64,000 nt of DNA from a virus, in IMG/VR virus record IMGVR_UViG_3300020596_000023, positions 9,197-73,196 of that record. One strand, written 5' to 3'. The translations under genes and the position numbers were made by a program. The notes beneath the pieces are model-generated. The model was not told the origin of the DNA. It worked only from the letters and a program-made list of their open reading frames with translations, and did no database searches. Position 1 is the stretch's first letter. The number at the start of each line of letters is the position of its first letter. Positions 37,293-47,411 of the stretch are shown here, in pieces.

Positions 37293-40200
37293 TAAATGTT
37301 TTTAAATCTAGTACCAGCAATACTAGGCTTTATGTCCAAACCAACTTCGATTATAGTCATCTCAATAAAGTTTGCATTAGTTATAACCAATCTAACTATG
37401 ATATTATTAGATAAAAATGGTCTAATATTCATAACCTTACTAGCATTTAAATTTGCAGTATTAGGTTCGTCAGTAGCTAACAAAACTGCATTATCAGGAT
37501 TAATTACAGTATCTCTGAATTTACCAAATATCCAACCATCACCCCTTTTAGCTAAGTTAGTATTGCCAATACCCGGCAAGTTAGTAACTCTACTTAATTG
37601 AATTAAACCACTACTTTGATTCTGATTGTAAACCATTATTTGATTAATAGTATTAGTATGACTAATGTCTTTATCAGAGAAAGCTTCTGTTAACCAACTT
37701 ATATTAGCTATCACCAAACTCTGTTCTGTATTAGATAGGCTAATATCAATGTAGCTGTTATAACTAAAACCATAGTAGTAACCTCTTAAATTTGGATTCA
37801 AATTGTGTGCCCACAATCCAAACAGTACAGTAGAAGGATTATTATAAATAGCTCTTAAACCTCTAATGCTAAACATATAAACAGTGGGAAAACAATCATG
37901 CTTACATACCCATTCTTGTCTAGCTAAATCGTAGCTATAAGTATGACCAGCATTGACTTCCTTACCATCGCTAGCTACAGTTGTTATAAACAATCTATGA
38001 AAGTCTTTGTCATAACCAACTGTAACTCCTGAACCATTAAAAGGATTATCTAAGTAACTTACAACTCTCTTAAAAATAGTTTCAAACTCCCATCTGATAG
38101 CATTAGTCAATTCTTCTAATTGACCATTAAATAAATAAAATCTACCAGTAGTAGCATCAAAGAAAACAACTCCATTAGGACATACTATACAACTCCATTT
38201 ACTTTTACTACCACTAAAAGCTCCATCACTTTCAATAACAGGTTTAGGCTTTTGTAAAAATAAGTCTGCACCATATAAAGCTACAGCACTATCACCAGTC
38301 TCAAGAACTTCCTGTGGATCAAAATAGTAAGTACCATATTCAGTAGTTACAAACAATCCATTATTATAACTTCTGACATTAGTAACTACACCAGTATTAC
38401 GCTCCATTTCGGAATAGTCGTTAGCTCTAAATGTTCTGAATCGAATCATTGTAGATTCATCAGCTTGAACTAAGCTTCTAGCTATTCGATATGGAAACTT
38501 ACTGATAGTATCGGTGGAACAAGTAGTATCTTCCGCACACCCCTTTTTGACAAATCGCCGGTAGAAGGAGAAAGCCTGTAATTTACTGTAATCACCGTTG
38601 TATCCGTAGTAGTTGCCATGCCTTAAATATTCGATCTCATCAAATGGTGTTTCTACAGGTACAACATATTGATGTAGCATACTCTTAGGATAAAACTTTT
38701 CCCAATCTTCTGTACCTTCCTGTCTTAGCCAAAGATTGGCAACATCATAAGCAGGTACAGTATATAATGCACCTACATAAGGATTAATCAATCCACTAGG
38801 AGTTGGCATTACATTGTGAAGCTTAAAACTATATTGAGCTATAACACAATCTCCTCCATGAACAAATCCTACTTCTAATGATGGTAAGAACGTAGTACCA
38901 GTAAAAATCAATTCTTGGCTATAATAATTATTATACAAGTCAGGTCTATAACTATAAAGGCTAGCCATTAATAAACCATGATCTGTATTAATCATAGTAT
39001 TATCAAAGTCAACTTTTAAAGTTTCTTCACCTAACAAATTAGAATCAGGATCACCACTAATTAAAACATTCTCAGGATAATACTGAGTATTAGTAATCTT
39101 TCTGATTGCTTCATAATCATTATCATCTATAGTATCTTGGAGCATTCTATAATATGATAAAGCCCCATTAATAAAACTATGATCTGCTTCAACCCCTGGA
39201 CTAGTTTCAGGAATACTTATCTTAAAATGAGTCTTTAGATAATTAGCTGTAATAGTAGGAGTAGTATTTAATAAACTAAAATTGTGAAACCTAAAGCTTT
39301 CAGCATGTTCTACAGCAGTATGACTTAATGGAAGAGCAACAGGATCAACACTGTTATACTCTTTGTTACTGATATAACCTAAAGCAATGTGACTACTATT
39401 AGTAAAGTCTCTTTGAGCATAAAAGATACCCCAATAACAAATCTGAGATTTCAGTTCATTTGGAATAATTACATTACTTATGTCCAACCTTAAAACTCTA
39501 GTACATAATCCATCAAGATCAACAATAGCTCCATCAAAAAATACATCATTGCCAAACCGTCTTTTGATATGTTCAAGACTTGGAGTCTTATGGTGTCTTA
39601 CGTTTTCTCCTGCAAAGTCTGGAAAACAATCTGGATAAGTCTCAGTAGCATTCTCCCAATAACCCATAGTTCCATCAGCCTTAGAAGTATCAAAGACTTG
39701 AAAGAACTTAACCGCATTTCCTAAATCATTTGCAAGTTCCATTTGAGATAAATGAACAGCAGGATTAGCAGCAATAATATTTGCTAATAACGCTGTCTCA
39801 TCTAAACCAGTTAAGTTAGTACTAGGTCTTGATAGAAGATCAAAATCATTTTCAGCAGAAGTATTTTCCCAATCTGTAGTGCTTGCAACTCTACCGGGAA
39901 TATGTAGTATGTTCCATACTCCTTTATGAGTATAGAATCCTATGTACATTGCATAGACTTCATCGGGAAAAAAGCCTTGTAAACTTACTTGACGATTAGG
40001 GTCTTTATAACTTTCATCAGGTAAATCAGATTCAATTCCAATTGGAAATTCGTAATTCCAGTTAATTATAACAGCGTTAGCAATCTCTTGCAAGCTTTCA
40101 GGATCAATACTATCTTCTGTAAGATTTCCTAAATACAATCTCTTATCAAGTATTGTACCAGTTTCTGCTTTGGTATATTTAGCATTTACTCCTAAAACTT

Positions 40201-41140
40201 CTTCAATACTTATAACTGAATCAACTTGACCAGTTACAATATATTCCATGCTACTAGAAATTATATCAATTTCTAATTCTGTAAAAGCTGATACAACTCC
40301 TCCACCTGTTCTAACTACACCTACAACTAATTTAGGGTAGTTAGTATCTATGTTAGTAAATACTAGTCTTATACTTTTACCAGTCCTGATAGTGTCTATT
40401 GTAGCATCAGAGCCTTCAAAATCAATTATGGTATAATTATCACCTGATACATACGGGTTAGTTTCAGTCGAAAGATGAGAGTCAATTAAAGCCTCATAGA
40501 TGTTAATCGTAGTAGCTGTTATAAATGGATCAGTTCTACTACCATCAATACTTTCATATTGAGTAAATACCGAATAGTTGCCAGTTAATAATTGACCTCC
40601 GGAATTTCTAATTGTCACCGAACTTATCTGAGGTGGGCATGTGTCTGGAATCAATTCTAACAAATTTATGTTAGCTTCATCCACAATAAATTTAGTTGTA
40701 GGATCAACTTCAAATGGTAAGCAATCTAAATTTATTGATCTTATATTATTAGCATTAGATGTAACACCTTCCCACCACACTAAAATCAAATCACCTTTAA
40801 AATTATATTCATATACTCCTTGAATTGGAGTAGTTACTGTAAATATTAAAGTAATCGATTTTAGAACATCAGTCCTAATATTATTCTTAACTCTACTAAT
40901 TGTGCTAACAGATTCAAAAACACCTGACACTAATTCAATGTTGACTGAAAATAAAATATCTTCTATAGGTGTTGATATAAACCCTGTAGAAGCTCCAACT
41001 TTATTAGTACCAATTTGTAAAGTACCCGGTTCATTAGTTTTGCCAGTTTGATATTTATTTACTATATTTCTGGCTTTAACTAAACTACCTATAGGTCTTT
41101 CAGATTTATTAGTACTTGTTATAAGACCGATAGGTTTCAT
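37292..41140 (-). CDS. tail stabilisation / muzzle-like protein
   Basis: 1282 aa, beta-rich, RLYLGNL, DEVYAMYI, propeller-like C-terminus; lies between ring proteins and cargo genes. Confidence 0.7.
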   Translation of the reverse strand: MKPIGLITSTNKSERPIGSLVKARNIVNKYQTGKTNEPGTLQIGTNKVGASTGFISTPIEDILFSVNIELVSGVFESVSTISRVKNNIRTDVLKSITLIFTVTTPIQGVYEYNFKGDLILVWWEGVTSNANNIRSINLDCLPFEVDPTTKFIVDEANINLLELIPDTCPPQISSVTIRNSGGQLLTGNYSVFTQYESIDGSRTDPFITATTINIYEALIDSHLSTETNPYVSGDNYTIIDFEGSDATIDTIRTGKSIRLVFTNIDTNYPKLVVGVVRTGGGVVSAFTELEIDIISSSMEYIVTGQVDSVISIEEVLGVNAKYTKAETGTILDKRLYLGNLTEDSIDPESLQEIANAVIINWNYEFPIGIESDLPDESYKDPNRQVSLQGFFPDEVYAMYIGFYTHKGVWNILHIPGRVASTTDWENTSAENDFDLLSRPSTNLTGLDETALLANIIAANPAVHLSQMELANDLGNAVKFFQVFDTSKADGTMGYWENATETYPDCFPDFAGENVRHHKTPSLEHIKRRFGNDVFFDGAIVDLDGLCTRVLRLDISNVIIPNELKSQICYWGIFYAQRDFTNSSHIALGYISNKEYNSVDPVALPLSHTAVEHAESFRFHNFSLLNTTPTITANYLKTHFKISIPETSPGVEADHSFINGALSYYRMLQDTIDDNDYEAIRKITNTQYYPENVLISGDPDSNLLGEETLKVDFDNTMINTDHGLLMASLYSYRPDLYNNYYSQELIFTGTTFLPSLEVGFVHGGDCVIAQYSFKLHNVMPTPSGLINPYVGALYTVPAYDVANLWLRQEGTEDWEKFYPKSMLHQYVVPVETPFDEIEYLRHGNYYGYNGDYSKLQAFSFYRRFVKKGCAEDTTCSTDTISKFPYRIARSLVQADESTMIRFRTFRANDYSEMERNTGVVTNVRSYNNGLFVTTEYGTYYFDPQEVLETGDSAVALYGADLFLQKPKPVIESDGAFSGSKSKWSCIVCPNGVVFFDATTGRFYLFNGQLEELTNAIRWEFETIFKRVVSYLDNPFNGSGVTVGYDKDFHRLFITTVASDGKEVNAGHTYSYDLARQEWVCKHDCFPTVYMFSIRGLRAIYNNPSTVLFGLWAHNLNPNLRGYYYGFSYNSYIDISLSNTEQSLVIANISWLTEAFSDKDISHTNTINQIMVYNQNQSSGLIQLSRVTNLPGIGNTNLAKRGDGWIFGKFRDTVINPDNAVLLATDEPNTANLNASKVMNIRPFLSNNIIVRLVITNANFIEMTIIEVGLDIKPSIAGTRFKNI
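38535..38598 (-). repeat. dispersed conserved element, copy 4 (core 38555-38567)
   Basis: Minus strand reads acggtgattacagtaaattacaggctttctc-CTTCTACCGGCGA-tttgtcaaaaaggg; sense within the tail gene. Confidence 0.88.
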
Positions 41141-41772
41141 TAGCCTCTAGTTGATGGTAAGTTAAATATTCGCTTGTTTGCGTAGAAGGATTCTTCCGGA
41201 CTTGGAGTATTACAAGCATTCCTAGCTCTACTCCTATAAATTTCACATAGTTGCATTAATTCAGGATAACCAAACATAGGATGCTTTAGACCTCTTAAAG
41301 TCAAGTATGTAATAACCTTATAAGAAATATAGTCTAGCAAAGGTTCTATTGCTGGTATCTGTAATTGACCACTAATTGTCGGATAATAGTGAATATCTAC
41401 ATGACCACTTTCTGTACCAAACCATACATAAGGATACTCTAAGTAGTAGACATTTACTCTATAATCAGCAACAGCAAAGTTTCTAGTTCCTTGTAAAGAT
41501 GGATTGTAAAACACAGGAGCTAATATGTTATTGCCAATCTGCAATTTATCTAAAGCTTCAAAAGTACAAGGTAGTTTCAGTTTGTAATTAGCTATAACTG
41601 AATCAGCATCTACAACTATACCAAAAATATCCTTATTAGCCATATCTCTAAAACAACCTAGAACCCATCCATCTAAGTCACCTCTCCAACCATCTTCTGT
41701 AATACCAAAGTTAGTTGCTAGTCTGGAAACAAACGTGTCAAGACTAATCCGTTTATGAATGCTTACGCTCAT
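41140..41772 (-). CDS. tail ring/adaptor protein (putative)
   Basis: KLKLPCTF, GHVDIHYY..QIP pattern of crAss-like ring proteins; synteny. Confidence 0.6.
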   Translation of the reverse strand: MSVSIHKRISLDTFVSRLATNFGITEDGWRGDLDGWVLGCFRDMANKDIFGIVVDADSVIANYKLKLPCTFEALDKLQIGNNILAPVFYNPSLQGTRNFAVADYRVNVYYLEYPYVWFGTESGHVDIHYYPTISGQLQIPAIEPLLDYISYKVITYLTLRGLKHPMFGYPELMQLCEIYRSRARNACNTPSPEESFYANKRIFNLPSTRG

Positions 41773-42550
41773 ACTTTTGGTATGTTAATGCTAGATCAGG
41801 ATTTGCCTGTATAGCTTTTGTGAAAACTCTTAGAGCATTAAGATTATCTACAGTTCTTGTAAGATGATAACTACCATATTTTATATAACTCAAAGTGTAG
41901 TTATTCAATTCCTTACAATACTTAGGTCTATACTGTATTCTTAACCACGGCTTAGGTTTATCGTAATATTCAAAGTACTTCTGACCATCAAGACAATCCT
42001 TGCTATACACTTTAATACCCTGAGCTTCCAAGGCTTTTTTATTCCTAAAGCTTTTGACTCTATCTAATAAAAGTCTAGGCTTATCATTCTCATCCAGCTT
42101 AACTCGTGGTATATAGATTATAGCTTTTAAATTAAAAAAGACTTGACCATTCCAAGTAAGACAAGGTTCCTTACTTTTATGAATCAGTTGTTCTAGTATC
42201 CATGAATTATAAAAAGCTAAATTAATTACGTATTCTTCATAAGTTAAGTTATTAGCTATACCGTAATAAGCTAATTTATCTTCTAACTCATTTATATTTA
42301 CTTTATAACTATCCCTGTCTTTAAGCATCCGTTCTGACAAGTCTGACTCCATCTGCCCAATTAAAGAATTAATTCGTTCTATCTGATTTTTATAAACTTT
42401 GTGCTGTTGTACTAATTCAAATACTTTTGAATGAATGTATCTTTTGAAAAATACGTAAGCTTCTTTGTTTTCTCGAATCTTACATAAAGAAACTTTAAGT
42501 CCAAATCCGTTTGGATTAATTTTAACCTTGACCTGATTCTGAATTTGCAT
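41753..42550 (-). CDS. basic protein, possibly crAss-type IHF/HU-like DNA-binding protein
   Basis: Lys/Arg/Tyr-rich; segment LTYEEYVINL...EQLIH...LTWNGQVFFNLKAI and location among tail genes, where crAss-like phages carry IHF-like genes. Confidence 0.4.
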   Translation of the reverse strand: MQIQNQVKVKINPNGFGLKVSLCKIRENKEAYVFFKRYIHSKVFELVQQHKVYKNQIERINSLIGQMESDLSERMLKDRDSYKVNINELEDKLAYYGIANNLTYEEYVINLAFYNSWILEQLIHKSKEPCLTWNGQVFFNLKAIIYIPRVKLDENDKPRLLLDRVKSFRNKKALEAQGIKVYSKDCLDGQKYFEYYDKPKPWLRIQYRPKYCKELNNYTLSYIKYGSYHLTRTVDNLNALRVFTKAIQANPDLALTYQKYERKHS

Positions 42551-43181
42551 AGGATTGAGTGTTAGTGTCTTTTGCTTGCTGATAACTACCTAATATTGTC
42601 TGATACGCCAAAGCAACTAAATCGGCAGGATAAGGTAGTATATCATCGTCTGTTAAACAATTAGCAGATCCTTGATTAACTTCTTCTACTGATTGTGGAT
42701 CAGCAAAAGCATGTCTAATCATAATATACTTAGGCATAACTGAGTTAAACACATAGATTCGATTATCACCATAGGTATACCGAATATGTTCTTTACCAAC
42801 TTCATTACAATGAGCATATCGCATGTTATTATAATCCGTGTAAGTAAATCCATATTGTCCATTAGGATTACCTACATAATTAAACGGTGCATGAGAATGA
42901 ACAGTAATTATTGCGGGAACGTCTTGAACTGATCGTAACATAATAGTAGGATCAGAACTTAAACCAACTTGATCTAAAACAGCATTATAAGATTCTAGCG
43001 TTAAGTACAAGCTTTGCAAAGCGTCTCGTCTTAAACTAGGAACATTACGTTCGCTGTCTCTTCTTAATAGTAATGGCATTAAAGCTTTGAATCGTTGTTT
43101 AATCAACTCTACAAAACTATACTCTGTAGCTCTTCCAAGCTCATGAGCTATACCATAACCAAACTTGTTTAATGTTTGCAT
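42522..43181 (-). CDS. tail ring/tubular protein (putative)
   Basis: NRIYVFN...FADP...DDDILPYPADL pattern of crAss-like ring proteins. Confidence 0.6.
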   Translation of the reverse strand: MQTLNKFGYGIAHELGRATEYSFVELIKQRFKALMPLLLRRDSERNVPSLRRDALQSLYLTLESYNAVLDQVGLSSDPTIMLRSVQDVPAIITVHSHAPFNYVGNPNGQYGFTYTDYNNMRYAHCNEVGKEHIRYTYGDNRIYVFNSVMPKYIMIRHAFADPQSVEEVNQGSANCLTDDDILPYPADLVALAYQTILGSYQQAKDTNTQSYANSESGQG

Positions 43182-43199
43182 CTTGTCTTAATAAAGTTT

Positions 43200-43219
43200 G
43201 GGGAGTATTTCTACTCCCC
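43200..43219 (-). promoter_or_regulatory. GC-clamped intergenic hairpin
   Basis: ggggagta-tttc-tactcccc. Confidence 0.55.
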
Positions 43220-43255
43220 TTACCAAAACTAACAAATTATAATCCCATGTACTTA

Positions 43256-43630
43256 TTATTCTGTTAATAGTGTAGGACTACCCAAAAGCAAATCGTCAAT
43301 TGTAGCATTTTTAGCTTCGATGATTTGATCTTTCTTAGCTATGACTTTTGTAGACTTAACTTGATTATTAATCAGCAAGCCTATAAAATTGACAACACCC
43401 ATAACACTGGCAATTACAACTTTAATAGAATCAGTTATCCATGCAATTCCATGATCTGCTGTAAGTAGCCAAAAGCCTACACCACTAACTGCTGTAAGAA
43501 TTACAGTAATTGTAGCAAACAAATTCTTATTGTTTACTTCGAGTTTATCTACTAGTCCTTGAATAAAACTAGTAATACCTCTACCAACTGCGTTGATTTG
43601 TAAAAACTCCAAAATTCCCTGAAGTGTCAT
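43256..43630 (-). CDS. holin-like membrane protein
   Basis: 124 aa, two clear TM segments, charged C-terminal tail. Confidence 0.55.
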   Translation of the reverse strand: MTLQGILEFLQINAVGRGITSFIQGLVDKLEVNNKNLFATITVILTAVSGVGFWLLTADHGIAWITDSIKVVIASVMGVVNFIGLLINNQVKSTKVIAKKDQIIEAKNATIDDLLLGSPTLLTE

Positions 43631-43648
43631 ACGATTGATGTTTAGTTA

Positions 43649-44209
43649 TTAAGAATGATGAAACAGATATTTAATTTTTAAAGCTCTACTTGGAAAATCC
43701 CCATAAGGATTACCACCCCTAAGTTTTTCAAATGTTGCTACAAATAGGTACAACTCTTTATCATTTTGTTTTACCACGGCACAACCTATAGCTAATGAAT
43801 CATCTTGTTTTATAAGATCAGCTATATCACCATCTAAAGTTTCTACAAGTATTATACAGCTTTCCTGCATAAAACAATTTAAAATAACCTGTGCTGTAGA
43901 AAGATCAACTAGCCGTCTTGTCAATCGTTGCTTCCAAGACTTATGATTACTATACCTCTCATCCACCAAGCTTATATAAACTGGATGACCTAATTTTGGT
44001 ACTCCACCATTATTTTCAACCCGTAGTACTGCTACTCTATTGTAGATATTAGTATCGTAAGCTTCTGTTAATAACTGAGCTAATTGCAAATAACTTTCCA
44101 TGTATTTTTTAAAAGCTATTCGTTTTAAACCAAATTTAATTAGAGGTATCATAATTATTATAGGTATAATGATTAACCAAACAACTAAAGCTTTTTCATT
44201 TATTGTCAT
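43649..44209 (-). CDS. single-TM membrane protein (holin/antiholin-like)
   Basis: N-terminal TM LVVWLIIIPIIIMIPLI followed by a soluble alpha/beta domain; adjacent to the holin-like gene. Confidence 0.5.
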   Translation of the reverse strand: MTINEKALVVWLIIIPIIIMIPLIKFGLKRIAFKKYMESYLQLAQLLTEAYDTNIYNRVAVLRVENNGGVPKLGHPVYISLVDERYSNHKSWKQRLTRRLVDLSTAQVILNCFMQESCIILVETLDGDIADLIKQDDSLAIGCAVVKQNDKELYLFVATFEKLRGGNPYGDFPSRALKIKYLFHHS

Positions 44210-44245
44210 ACAGGATCAAATTTGCAATTTCGCTCAAACCTACAA

Positions 44246-44470
44246 TTAGATTGTAGGTGCATTAGTAGAGTGGTCACTAATTGGTATTACAGTCCAACCT
44301 AGAATTTCAGGATTAATCAGACCTTTGCTTTTAGCTAATTGTAAACAGTTAGCTACAGTAATAGAATTTGATTTAACCTCAAAAGTACAAGCTTCTCTTA
44401 CAGTTATTGTAGGAAACCAAGTTTGTTTCTTTTTAACGTCAGAAACGACAGACACAAGGAAATGTACCAT
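44246..44470 (-). CDS. hypothetical protein
   Basis: 74-aa ORF with ATG in operon orientation. Confidence 0.6.
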   Translation of the reverse strand: MVHFLVSVVSDVKKKQTWFPTITVREACTFEVKSNSITVANCLQLAKSKGLINPEILGWTVIPISDHSTNAPTI

Positions 44471-44581
44471 AGCAGTTTAAATTGTTATAGAGCCAACTTG
44501 AGATGTAAAATTATTCACAACTTCTGCGTTAACTCCGTTAGTAATAAGTATAAACCTTTTTTAGCTGTTACTATTGCTATG

Positions 44582-47380
44582 TTAGTATTTTATTACAGAA
44601 GCCCTAAAAGTTCCACTTGCAGGATCAATAGCAGATCCTGTGGAATTGTAAGCTTCAACGCTTACCGTATTTGTTGCGGATACCCACGGTTGACCAAAAA
44701 TTAAGCCAGTAGATTTACTGCCATTATCTATGCCAACCAGAACGACATCTCCAATCGCCGCGCCAGTTACCGTAATTGTTAAAGTTTCGGTAGCTAAAGA
44801 AGCTATGCTGCCGTAATTCAATACCCCGGTTCCAGTTAAAGTTTTACTTAAAATATGCCGAGTACTTCCGGTTGTTACAAAATAATTAGTGCCATTAAAC
44901 TCAACTGCACCGTTTATAGGTGTGGTTAAGTTTGTGCCAGAAGTAAGTTGTACTGGTGCAACTAAGGTAGTTCCAGCGGCTAAAGTTAATCTTGATGTTG
45001 GTGTAATGCCAAGACCTACTAATCCACTTCTATTAATTATCATGTGTTGATTGTAAGAATCACCACCATTACCAACTTCAAGAATATTAAGTTCTTGGGT
45101 TCTAAGATGTGTACCAGAAGCAACCGATGGTGCGGAACTAACAGTAAACACAGTTGTAGAAGATACGGCTATTATTGTCCGGTAACTTACGTTAGTTGAG
45201 ACAGTTCCCATAAGCGCAATACCTTGACCAACGGCAATATTGACATCTGGTGTAGTTATAGTTATTACTGCGCCAGCCGCAGTCCAATTATCTGTTAGAA
45301 CGGTTGTTAGACCTTGTACTCTTAATTGTGCAGTTCCTCCGGTAAAATGTGTCAAAGCTGTTCCAAAATTTGTAGAACCTGTTTCTTGCGCACTAGGCCC
45401 ATTCCCAAATATCCAAGTATCTACACCGCCAGAAATAAGATGCCTCCCAACAACTCCTGCATTGGCATGAGTAGTTCTAACATTGTTTCCTATACCTAAA
45501 GCTCCTCCACTTGCTACAACTTCAAATCCGATAGCAATACCGGGTGAACTTACTGTATTAAATCCACCTAAGACTAATCCATTAGCAGCATTAAAATCAT
45601 TAGATACTCCAACCGCAACTTTTGTATTAAAAAAGCCACTGCCGGTCTGTACATTGATTAACTCGTTTATTACTCCTGTGATTCCTGTACCTCTAACAAA
45701 AAAACCAGCAGAAGCATTTAATCCTGCGGTAAAAGGTGCAAACCCAATTTCGCCAAAAATAGTAGAAGAGCCGGCTGGTACACCCGTTTTCCAACCCGTT
45801 CCTTCAACTACTATAACGGGCGGTGCTTGATTTACCGCTAGTGTAGCAGCAGTGGTGTTTCTAAGATGGAAGCTTTTGGCCTGAGTATAAGCCGCTCCTA
45901 TGTTATTCATTGTAAGCGTAAGCTTGTCGTTTATATCTACCGTGCCGCCCGACGTGGCAGAAATTATGTCGCCTGAATACGGTCCACCGTTTATCGCCGC
46001 CGTTAAAGCCCACCGCCCCGAGGGGTTAGCCGGACCCTGAATCGGCGTAACGTTTGCTCGAAAAGCGACCGCCTGACTTGCCGCAGTAATATCAGTTTTC
46101 CAGCCATTCCCCTCCCAAGTTGTAGACGGAGAAATCTGTTGCGCAGCGGCCCCAGCGGCGATTGGGTTCCGAAAAAGAGCCCCCGTCGCATCGAATTTAT
46201 ACTCATGCCCCCCGACCATTTGTAACCCCAAACTGGAGTTTGCCGGAATCGTCGCAACCCGCGCGGTTGATGCGGGGATAGCGCCGTTAGCGGAATAAAT
46301 AGTGTTAGATGCGGCAACCGCTACCGAAATGTCGTGCGGCGTTGCGACCTCGGTAGTATCTATTCGCAAAACCCCACCCACTATATCCGAGCCAAAACCA
46401 ACCGCCATTTCGGTAACTACATTAGCCGAGGTGTACCCGCCTAATTTCGTGGCCGTACCGGTTAAAGTATTTAGTTTTAAATTCCCGCCTACATGAAGAG
46501 TTGCCTGTGGCGCTGTTTGGTTTATTCCAACTCTGTTATCGTTTCGTACTGTTAAAATTTCAGTATTTGCTGCATTGCGCAGCTTTACTACCGCTTCGAG
46601 AGTATCAGAAGTTGCGCCTTTTATAGTAAGCTTGTCGCTTGCATAAGTAAAATTAGGGCTTCCAATAATCTTACCATTGGAATTACCGTACAAAACCTGA
46701 GTATTTGTCACAAGCCCTGTCGTAGTTGTAGTCTTAGGGATAGAATCTAAATTGGGAGTTAAGAGTTCTAAAGCATCAACAGCTTCTTGCATATTGGTTA
46801 CAGCAACTCCACCAATGGTATCTACTATACGAATACTATCTGCAAGTAATGATAAACCTAAACTATCCAAATCTACAGGTACTATGCTTTGAGTCAAGTA
46901 GAGCTTATTACCTACAAGATAAGGATATTGAAGCTCATCATATTTATCAACAACGCTGGTATGTATAGCTATAGCTTGTTTTGCTACCTCTGATAAACCT
47001 AATAGAACTGCTACAGGCAATGAACCAGTCTCAGATTGAATACAACCTACACCAGTATCAAACTCTACAGTACCATCTGTTAAAGCTTCAACATCAACAC
47101 TAATAGTACTGCCAACAGCAGAATTAATTTCTAAGATTTTAAATCGTCTACCACTAGCATCCCATACTATATGACCTATTATAACTGAGTCTACAGTATA
47201 AACACCAGCAGGATCATTTAAAAACCCAGATACAATCAAACCTTTGGCTCCACCTGGCCCACCCGATGTTGGTTGGACAACTACAGTATACAATGCAGCC
47301 ATTTTAGTTTTCAAGGTATCTTGCGAATAAGATACAGTTACACTCAAAATAAAACTCAATAAAAGCAATAGCTTTTTCAT
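44582..47380 (-). CDS. tail-fibre/adhesin-like protein with N-terminal Sec signal peptide
   Basis: MKKLLLLLSFILSVTVSYS/Q; G/T/A-rich; VGINQTAPQATLHVGG and VGLGITPTSRLTL fibre repeats; C-terminal TITVTGAAIGDVV...IDPASGTF domain. Confidence 0.75.
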   Translation of the reverse strand: MKKLLLLLSFILSVTVSYSQDTLKTKMAALYTVVVQPTSGGPGGAKGLIVSGFLNDPAGVYTVDSVIIGHIVWDASGRRFKILEINSAVGSTISVDVEALTDGTVEFDTGVGCIQSETGSLPVAVLLGLSEVAKQAIAIHTSVVDKYDELQYPYLVGNKLYLTQSIVPVDLDSLGLSLLADSIRIVDTIGGVAVTNMQEAVDALELLTPNLDSIPKTTTTTGLVTNTQVLYGNSNGKIIGSPNFTYASDKLTIKGATSDTLEAVVKLRNAANTEILTVRNDNRVGINQTAPQATLHVGGNLKLNTLTGTATKLGGYTSANVVTEMAVGFGSDIVGGVLRIDTTEVATPHDISVAVAASNTIYSANGAIPASTARVATIPANSSLGLQMVGGHEYKFDATGALFRNPIAAGAAAQQISPSTTWEGNGWKTDITAASQAVAFRANVTPIQGPANPSGRWALTAAINGGPYSGDIISATSGGTVDINDKLTLTMNNIGAAYTQAKSFHLRNTTAATLAVNQAPPVIVVEGTGWKTGVPAGSSTIFGEIGFAPFTAGLNASAGFFVRGTGITGVINELINVQTGSGFFNTKVAVGVSNDFNAANGLVLGGFNTVSSPGIAIGFEVVASGGALGIGNNVRTTHANAGVVGRHLISGGVDTWIFGNGPSAQETGSTNFGTALTHFTGGTAQLRVQGLTTVLTDNWTAAGAVITITTPDVNIAVGQGIALMGTVSTNVSYRTIIAVSSTTVFTVSSAPSVASGTHLRTQELNILEVGNGGDSYNQHMIINRSGLVGLGITPTSRLTLAAGTTLVAPVQLTSGTNLTTPINGAVEFNGTNYFVTTGSTRHILSKTLTGTGVLNYGSIASLATETLTITVTGAAIGDVVLVGIDNGSKSTGLIFGQPWVSATNTVSVEAYNSTGSAIDPASGTFRASVIKY

Positions 47381-47411
47381 GTTATTATATTAATTAGGTC
47401 AATCAAATTAG

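Noticed and set aside
44582-47380. Diversity-generating retroelement or invertase shufflon acting on the fibre gene
   Set aside because: No reverse transcriptase, recombinase or adenine-variant TR/VR pair visible in the window
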